From: Dehalococcoidales bacterium
Lineage (GTDB): Bacteria > Chloroflexota > Dehalococcoidia > Dehalococcoidales > GCA-2688105
DNA length: 42,167 nucleotides
Assembly (NCBI GenBank): GCA_002688105.1
Contig: NZBQ01000009.1
Span: 21,389-63,555, forward strand
Direction: 5' to 3'
Positions within the stretch are counted from its first letter, which is position 1. Each line of letters opens with the position of its first letter. Made by a program: the position numbers and the translations under genes. Positions 36,674-42,167 of the stretch are shown one piece after another. A model generated the notes under the pieces. It ran no database searches, was not told the DNA's origin, and was given only the letters and a program-made list of their open reading frames with translations.

Positions 36674-37834
36674 TCAGGGTAATTCTATGCCTAGTTCTTC
36701 AGCAGATGGTATATCGTAGTCATCAGGCCATACGGTCCCTATATAGTTTAGGGTTCTTAGCGACGGGACGTGTATCACCTCGGTGGCGATAGCCTCGGTG
36801 AGTTTGTCAGCTACAGCCGCGATTTCATCTGACACATTACTCACTGGAGCGATAGCTGGCCAGCCTTGTATGAGGGAATAATTAGAGGCCGTATGCGTAA
36901 TGGTGCCAGATCTGTAGTCCAGTAAGGCGCGTTCTGCCAAGAGATAATGGTCCAGAAGAACACTGGTTAGGATTATGTCAGGCGCCATGTCATGTTGATC
37001 ACGGACAACTCCTACAAACCATTTATTTTCCTCTTGGGCGGCCTTAAGAACTCCTAAGCCAGACTCATCGGCGTACTGAAAAATCACATCAGCACCCGTG
37101 GCAATCATCGCTTGGGCACTCTCATAGCCCTTCTCTGGGTCAATCCAACTGCCAACCACCATGAACTCCACTTGTATATCCGGATTAACCCACTTAGCCC
37201 CCAACTCCATACCGGTACCACACCTAATTAGCTCCGGATAATCAACGCCAACAACCAGGCCAATATGTTGGGCCTCTGACTTCATAGCGGCGATAGCTCC
37301 AGCTATGAAATAACCCTGTTCCTCTCTCCGGTCATAACCAGCAACATTACGTGGCAGCAGAGCAATCACCCCGGCATCAGAACCAGGTACAGCATACCAG
37401 GTATCCGGGTATTTAGGGGAAACCGCTTTCATAGCCTCACCCCAGGTTTGGCCGGAATCAGTGTAAAGAAGCTCAGTCCCCAACTCCCCTTGTACCTCCA
37501 GGAACGTAGGAAAATCACCCCAGGGAACCAAATCAGTAAAGGTGATATCAACTATATCCCCATACCTATCCTGGAGATATAGGTAAGCTTCGTAAATACC
37601 TTGAGACCAGGCGCCATCTGTCCTCGACCCAATGGTGGCGACGGCCACCGTGGTCTTCTCAACTTCCGGGACCGGGGCCGGTGCTGGCGCTGGGGCCGGG
37701 GCCGGTGCTGGGGCCGGTGCTGGCGCTGGGGCCGGGGCCGGTGCCGGGGCCGGTGCTGGAGCGGCACAACCAGCAATAGCTAATCCCGTTACCACTACCA
37801 CTGCAATCAGTAGCATTACCATTCTATTTTTCAT
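36674..37834 (-). CDS. BMP-family ABC substrate-binding lipoprotein
   Basis: Lipobox IAGC, DGAWSQ, GAKWVNPD, GSWIDP, GADVIF, GVVRDQ. Confidence 0.92.
   Translation of the reverse strand: MKNRMVMLLIAVVVVTGLAIAGCAAPAPAPAPAPAPAPAPAPAPAPAPAPAPAPVPEVEKTTVAVATIGSRTDGAWSQGIYEAYLYLQDRYGDIVDITFTDLVPWGDFPTFLEVQGELGTELLYTDSGQTWGEAMKAVSPKYPDTWYAVPGSDAGVIALLPRNVAGYDRREEQGYFIAGAIAAMKSEAQHIGLVVGVDYPELIRCGTGMELGAKWVNPDIQVEFMVVGSWIDPEKGYESAQAMIATGADVIFQYADESGLGVLKAAQEENKWFVGVVRDQHDMAPDIILTSVLLDHYLLAERALLDYRSGTITHTASNYSLIQGWPAIAPVSNVSDEIAAVADKLTEAIATEVIHVPSLRTLNYIGTVWPDDYDIPSAEELGIELP
37673..37762 (-). repeat. Coding (Ala-Pro)15 repeat with 36-nt higher-order duplication
   Basis: Hexamer repeat; blocks starting at 37674 and 37710 are identical for about 35 nt. 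Confidence 0.9.
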
Positions 37835-37981
37835 TTATTGTAACCTCCTATTCTTCCCGTAGTACCACATAGAACTGAAACTCGTCTTACTCTTCCTATA
37901 GGCACCCACCTCCTTCATAATGAGATTATCAATTAAGCGTTACAACAGACTTAAAATAGTTTCCACCAAATTTACCTAGAC

Positions 37982-38011
37982 ACGATACATTAAGAATACA
38001 AAACAAGTCAA
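37982..38011 (-). promoter_or_regulatory. Putative internal promoter of the ABC transporter operon
   Basis: TTGACT-N18-TATCGT on the minus strand. Confidence 0.4.
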
Positions 38012-38030
38012 GTCCAAACCTACGAATTTT

Positions 38031-39263
38031 TCAGTCTTTCTTGGAAGTTCCTTTCATCATTTCATCAAACAACATTACTGCCTTCTCCGAGAAAGCCGGG
38101 TCATTGATAGTCATATCCAGTTCAATAAACCTAACTGCGCTAGGATTTATCTTTTCCCTTATTACCTCAATGAATCTCCGACGACCTTCAGGGTCATGCA
38201 TCGGTGTCCCCTCTTCATCCAGCCGGGAAAAACTCCGAAGCGGGATTAGTAAAACGACAGGCCCTTTTGCTTTGTTTAGCCTCTCCGCCATTATCTCGGC
38301 TATTTCCACCTTCTCTTCTTGGCTAACCGGCACCTGAGCCGTCAAAGGATTGTGCCATCTAACCTCTCGGTTCTTATATTTCGCTGGCAGGGTATCTATG
38401 GCTCCGTTCCACTGGAACCAACTTATAGCACCCGGAGCAACAACCTGCGGAATACCCGTTTCACCGGCCGCCGTTAACTTCTCGTCACCGCCTTTAATCA
38501 CGCCACCACACACATAATTGGCTATCTCAAACATCGTGAAATCCAGTATGCCATCAATGTGTCCCTGTCTGATGAGAGTCTCGCAAGTCTTCATCCCTAT
38601 GGAATGGAAGACCGCCGGGTCATACCCCCTCTCAATAAGCATGTCCGAGCAATAATCGACGTGAGAAAATGCCGATGCACCCAGCGTGGTTATCGCTACC
38701 AACGGCTTCTCATCCTTTTCCTCCTGCTGGGTTTCCACCATGCCGCTTATCGCTCCAGCCGCCCTCCTCAATACCATCTTCGTTACTCTGTCCACACCAC
38801 ACGAATGCGTAACCGATTGCATCATTACCTGGTCCATCGCCACCGACTCGGGCGTCACCAATGCCGTATAGGTTATCGTCGATACCATTAACTTCGGGAT
38901 ATTAAACGGAAGCTCCTTCATCACCTTCAAACAAAGGGATGTCCCCATAGACCCACCAAGTCCAACTATGCCATCCAACTTTCCACCCGAAAGTAGCCTC
39001 TGAATAATATTTGAAGCTCCCTCAGCCATCACCGATATAGCTTCCGCTTCCTCCATGCCGGCAATCTCCTTGATGTCCTTCCCAATCGCCTTAGCTACTT
39101 CCTCATGAGTTACATCAGACTTAAAAGGAGGCTCCTTTAAGGCAGTACAAACATCTACCACTATGGTATTATGACCCCTCTCCCTGATGCGGTCTCTGAT
39201 ATATGCCGCCGCCTTACCTCTGGTATCTAAGGTAGCAATAATGGTGATACTCTTACTTTGCAT
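38031..39263 (-). CDS. Tm-1-like ATP-binding domain protein (UPF0261)
   Basis: IATLDTRG, GLGGSMGT, PKLMVST, VFHSIG, PQVVAPGA, HNP, INDPAF. Confidence 0.88.
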   Translation of the reverse strand: MQSKSITIIATLDTRGKAAAYIRDRIRERGHNTIVVDVCTALKEPPFKSDVTHEEVAKAIGKDIKEIAGMEEAEAISVMAEGASNIIQRLLSGGKLDGIVGLGGSMGTSLCLKVMKELPFNIPKLMVSTITYTALVTPESVAMDQVMMQSVTHSCGVDRVTKMVLRRAAGAISGMVETQQEEKDEKPLVAITTLGASAFSHVDYCSDMLIERGYDPAVFHSIGMKTCETLIRQGHIDGILDFTMFEIANYVCGGVIKGGDEKLTAAGETGIPQVVAPGAISWFQWNGAIDTLPAKYKNREVRWHNPLTAQVPVSQEEKVEIAEIMAERLNKAKGPVVLLIPLRSFSRLDEEGTPMHDPEGRRRFIEVIREKINPSAVRFIELDMTINDPAFSEKAVMLFDEMMKGTSKKD

Positions 39264-39296
39264 AAGTTATCCCCTCAACTATTTGGCTCTCTTTCT

Positions 39297-40943
39297 TTAA
39301 GCATTTTGCCTGGTTAGATAGTCCCCTATCTTTTGCCCCGCCGGGGACGACTCAGCCAACTTTAGCAGTTTATTTAAATCCTCATCCTGGTCAAGACTTA
39401 CCACTGGTACCTCCCCAAGTATTACCTCACCACTGCTTCCGTCGATAGAAATCTTATCCCCTTCCCTTATTATAGTGCCTTCAGGCATTCGGCACTGCTT
39501 GTCCTTATACTCAATACAAATTCCCTGGCATCCAACCACTGATGGTTTTCCCAGGTCACGGCATATAATAGCGGCGTGGCTAGAGGTACCACCCCTAGAA
39601 GTAACCAAACCCACAGCTGCCTTAATCCCGGCAACATCGGCCGGGGAAGTTTCTTGTCGCACCAGGATTACTTGTTCTCCCTTACCTTTCCAAACCAGAG
39701 CATCTTTAGGGGTAAAGACGACACGACCACTAACCACACCTGGAGAAATAGGAATCCCTGAGGTAATAACTTTTTTCTCGACAGAGTCAAGCTGAGTAGC
39801 CACTGACTGTTCCAACTGCTCCGTTGAGATTCTTGATAAGGCTTCTTCCTTAGTTATTAACCCCTCCTCCACCATATCAACAGCTATTTTTATCGCTGCC
39901 TTAGGCGTCCGTTTAGCGGTTCTACTCTGTAGCATAAAAAGTCTGCCTTCATCCACCGTGAATTCAACATCCTGAACGTCTTTATACCTCTTCTCCAATT
40001 TCTCCAAAGTTTTCTCTAAGGCAGGGTACACTTCCGGCATCTCTTCTCTTAGCTCCTCAATTTCTTTTGGTCTCCTGGTTCCCGCAACCACATCCTCTCC
40101 CTGGACATTCGTCAGATACTCACCATAGAGTCCTCTATTCCCCGTAGATATGTCCCGTGAAAAAACGACACCCGAACATGAGTTATCCCCACTATTGCCG
40201 AAGACCATTGTCTGAACGGTTACCGCCGTGCCCGGGAGGTCACCCGATATGTTTTTCATCCGGCGATACTCAATCGCCCTTGGGGTATTCCACGATTGGA
40301 ATACCCTGCCGATAGACCTCCACAACTGCTCATCAACACTTTCCAGAAAACTCTTACCATGTTTCTGGAAAACTTCCTCGAACTCCTGGGTGACATCTCG
40401 CAGGTCCTCCACTTCAAGCTGGGTTTCAGAGGTTAAATTCCCTTCGCTAACCTTATTCCTGATTATTATGTCAAACTCGCCATCTTCTATCCCCTCAACA
40501 GCAGTTCCAAAGCTTTGTAAGAGACGCCGATAGCAGTCCCACACAAACCAAGGGGCTTTATTATTCTTAATCAGCCTATCCACAATACTCCTGTTCAAAC
40601 CTATATTGAGCACTGTGTCCATCATGCCAGGCATAGAAACGGCTGCCCCAGAACGAGCCGAAACAAGAAGATGGTTTTCTGGGTCCCCAAACTTCCTGCC
40701 CGTGGCTCTCTCCAGCTTCCTGAGATTCGCATTAACCTCGTCTTTTAGCCCTGGTGGATACTGGCCTTCACCAGTGTAATATTTACCGACTTCGGCGGAT
40801 ATTATAAAGCCCGGAGGCACAGCTATTCCGATACTAGCCATATCCGCCAACCTAGCCCCTTTATTACCTAATATATCCCGTATTTCAAGGCTACCTTCAC
40901 CCTCACCGCTTTGGAAAAAGTAAACACGCTTCTCTACGCCCAT
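39297..40943 (-). CDS. Pyruvate phosphate dikinase-like protein: nucleotide-binding and phospho-His domains only
   Basis: LGNKGA, VPPGF, RSGAAVSMPGMMDTVLN, QTMVFGN, QGEDVVAG, QDVEFT, LQSR, GGTSSHAAI; ends at 548 aa without the pyruvate-binding barrel. Confidence 0.88.
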   Translation of the reverse strand: MGVEKRVYFFQSGEGEGSLEIRDILGNKGARLADMASIGIAVPPGFIISAEVGKYYTGEGQYPPGLKDEVNANLRKLERATGRKFGDPENHLLVSARSGAAVSMPGMMDTVLNIGLNRSIVDRLIKNNKAPWFVWDCYRRLLQSFGTAVEGIEDGEFDIIIRNKVSEGNLTSETQLEVEDLRDVTQEFEEVFQKHGKSFLESVDEQLWRSIGRVFQSWNTPRAIEYRRMKNISGDLPGTAVTVQTMVFGNSGDNSCSGVVFSRDISTGNRGLYGEYLTNVQGEDVVAGTRRPKEIEELREEMPEVYPALEKTLEKLEKRYKDVQDVEFTVDEGRLFMLQSRTAKRTPKAAIKIAVDMVEEGLITKEEALSRISTEQLEQSVATQLDSVEKKVITSGIPISPGVVSGRVVFTPKDALVWKGKGEQVILVRQETSPADVAGIKAAVGLVTSRGGTSSHAAIICRDLGKPSVVGCQGICIEYKDKQCRMPEGTIIREGDKISIDGSSGEVILGEVPVVSLDQDEDLNKLLKLAESSPAGQKIGDYLTRQNA

Positions 40944-41503
40944 TCATCCCTCTCTTTGCCTAAAAGATTAATAAGATCCTCATGTAACTCGAACCATATA
41001 GTATGATAGGAATCCACACTGTATTTGGCTAGGTACTCTGTCTTGCCATCCTTAAGGTTCTGGAGAGCCCGGCTAAACCGGCTGGGATAAATTTCATACC
41101 TCGGAACTAGCTCGGTTAACCCCTGGAAAATTTCACCTACCCTAGCATGAACACCTTCTAACTCATCAAGAGCCTTTTGGTCATCCTTTCCTATCTGCCA
41201 TTCACTCACTATCTTTTTGAAAGTATTATTCTCCTCATCAAACTTTTCATAGACAGTTTCCAACTCCTTCTCCCGACCTTCCACCTCGGCTTTTCTAAAT
41301 TGACTAATCGCTTCTTCTCCGCTTTCAGTGAGCATCCACATACCATTATCCTCAGAAATATAACCCGTTTTAACACAGCCACCAAATAGTTCTCTCGTCT
41401 TGGCCGGCTCCATTTCAACTATTGAGGCGATAACATCCGGGTCTTCTATTGCCTGCCTGATATTTATATAGTTGAGAATCTTAAATTCATCCAGTGACAC
41501 CAT
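40934..41503 (-). CDS. Hypothetical protein, N-terminal winged-helix-like region plus DSYHxxWFELHEDL motif (Rv1126c-like)
   Basis: GYI...WMLTESG wing pattern; DSYHTIWFELHEDL; 10-nt overlap with the PPDK-like gene. Confidence 0.7.
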   Translation of the reverse strand: MVSLDEFKILNYINIRQAIEDPDVIASIVEMEPAKTRELFGGCVKTGYISEDNGMWMLTESGEEAISQFRKAEVEGREKELETVYEKFDEENNTFKKIVSEWQIGKDDQKALDELEGVHARVGEIFQGLTELVPRYEIYPSRFSRALQNLKDGKTEYLAKYSVDSYHTIWFELHEDLINLLGKERDEWA

Positions 41504-41587
41504 AATACTACCATCCCTTATAGACTTTATCGTCCCAAGAAAACTTATAATTTCAGAAATTCAAGATTTCCTTGAGTTGATTCTAGC

Positions 41588-42167
41588 TCAAACACGTTTA
41601 AGAATTGTCACAATGCCTTCATCACCATCCACCCTGATAATATCCCCGGTCTTGATTTTACGGGTGGCAACCCTGGTGCCCACAACGGCGGGAACCCCTT
41701 CTTCCCGGGCAATGATAGCCGCATGACACATGTTCCCACCGGCATCCAGCACTACGCCTTTGCTCCTTACCAGAACCGGCCCCCAGGCCGGCGCTGTCGA
41801 AGACGTAACCAGGATATCACCATTCTTTACCTTATAGCTCTCTGAGAATCTGGGGATGACTACGGCCGGCCCTTCAGTAACACCAGCCGAGGCGGCTACA
41901 CCATTCACCACATCACTTTCCTCTTCCTCAGCCCTTTCCCATTCTTCCAGCCTCTCCTTGGTTATGCCCCATAGCATTACCGTAGATGGGTCAGAAAACT
42001 CTCCCTCAGGAAATACCCCAAGCAAGGTAGGAGGAGTATACTCACATAACTTCTCCCACATCATTTTTCTCTTGGCCACCTTCTTCTTCCAGTAAATATC
42101 CTTCACCGGTATGCCTACACCCCACGCCTGACAGACATCAAATATTACCTCATCTAATTCATACCTC
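41588..42167 (-). CDS. PEP-utilising phospho-His-domain enzyme, phenylphosphate synthase subunit A (PpsA)/CreH-like, 5'-truncated by window edge
   Basis: Frame open to the edge (RYELDEVIFDVCQAWGVG..YW); DP..MLWGIT, GVAASAG..EGPA, TAPAWGP, GGNMCHAAIIARE. Confidence 0.78.
   Translation of the reverse strand, partial: RYELDEVIFDVCQAWGVGIPVKDIYWKKKVAKRKMMWEKLCEYTPPTLLGVFPEGEFSDPSTVMLWGITKERLEEWERAEEEESDVVNGVAASAGVTEGPAVVIPRFSESYKVKNGDILVTSSTAPAWGPVLVRSKGVVLDAGGNMCHAAIIAREEGVPAVVGTRVATRKIKTGDIIRVDGDEGIVTILKRV

Noticed and set aside
37552-37862. Alternative-frame repetitive ORFs (RWGRGRC, GAGAGA) or a CRISPR-like array
   Set aside because: Shadow frames of the Ala-Pro linker; no unique spacers and no cas genes in the window
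39297-39400. Frameshifted or pseudogene PPDK
   Set aside because: No pyruvate-domain remnant follows; the next gene starts 33 nt later with its own RBS, which fits a naturally short form

Overview
Bacterial chromosome fragment, most consistent with an anaerobic Chloroflexota (Dehalococcoidia-like) organism. That assignment is inferred from gene style (Ala-Pro-linker lipoprotein, ANLPY-type PrmC, CCCCTCTCC..GGAGAGGGG repeats) and is not proven. 1-6044: 3' part of a squalene-hopene cyclase, a single-subunit squalene synthase, a divergent 2-hydroxyacid-dehydrogenase/LsrK-like kinase/class II aldolase operon and a small orphan domain. 6283-16013: mostly housekeeping (tRNA-Asn, prfA, prmC, EF-G paralogue, pcm, xerD, membrane proteins), with an inverted pair of palindromic repeats around an AT-rich truncated PD-(D/E)xK nuclease-like fragment. 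16429-42167: a catabolic region. It holds an M24/EthD/cupin/divergent adenine-deaminase operon, an M20 amidohydrolase, and a complete lipoate-dependent 2-oxoacid/acetoin dehydrogenase with lipA/lipB. It ends in a minus-strand cluster: PpsA/CreH-like phospho-His enzyme, wHTH partner, PPDK lacking its pyruvate domain, Tm-1-like protein, BMP-type ABC importer, divergent PreA-like flavo-FeS reductase, nitrilase-family hydrolase, tandem Cys-motif protein and a truncated HcrB-like subunit. That last cluster is the best candidate for an undescribed system: a split-dikinase phosphorylation module linked to ring reduction and hydrolysis of an unknown heterocycle or nucleoside. All family calls come from recalled motifs; no database search was run.
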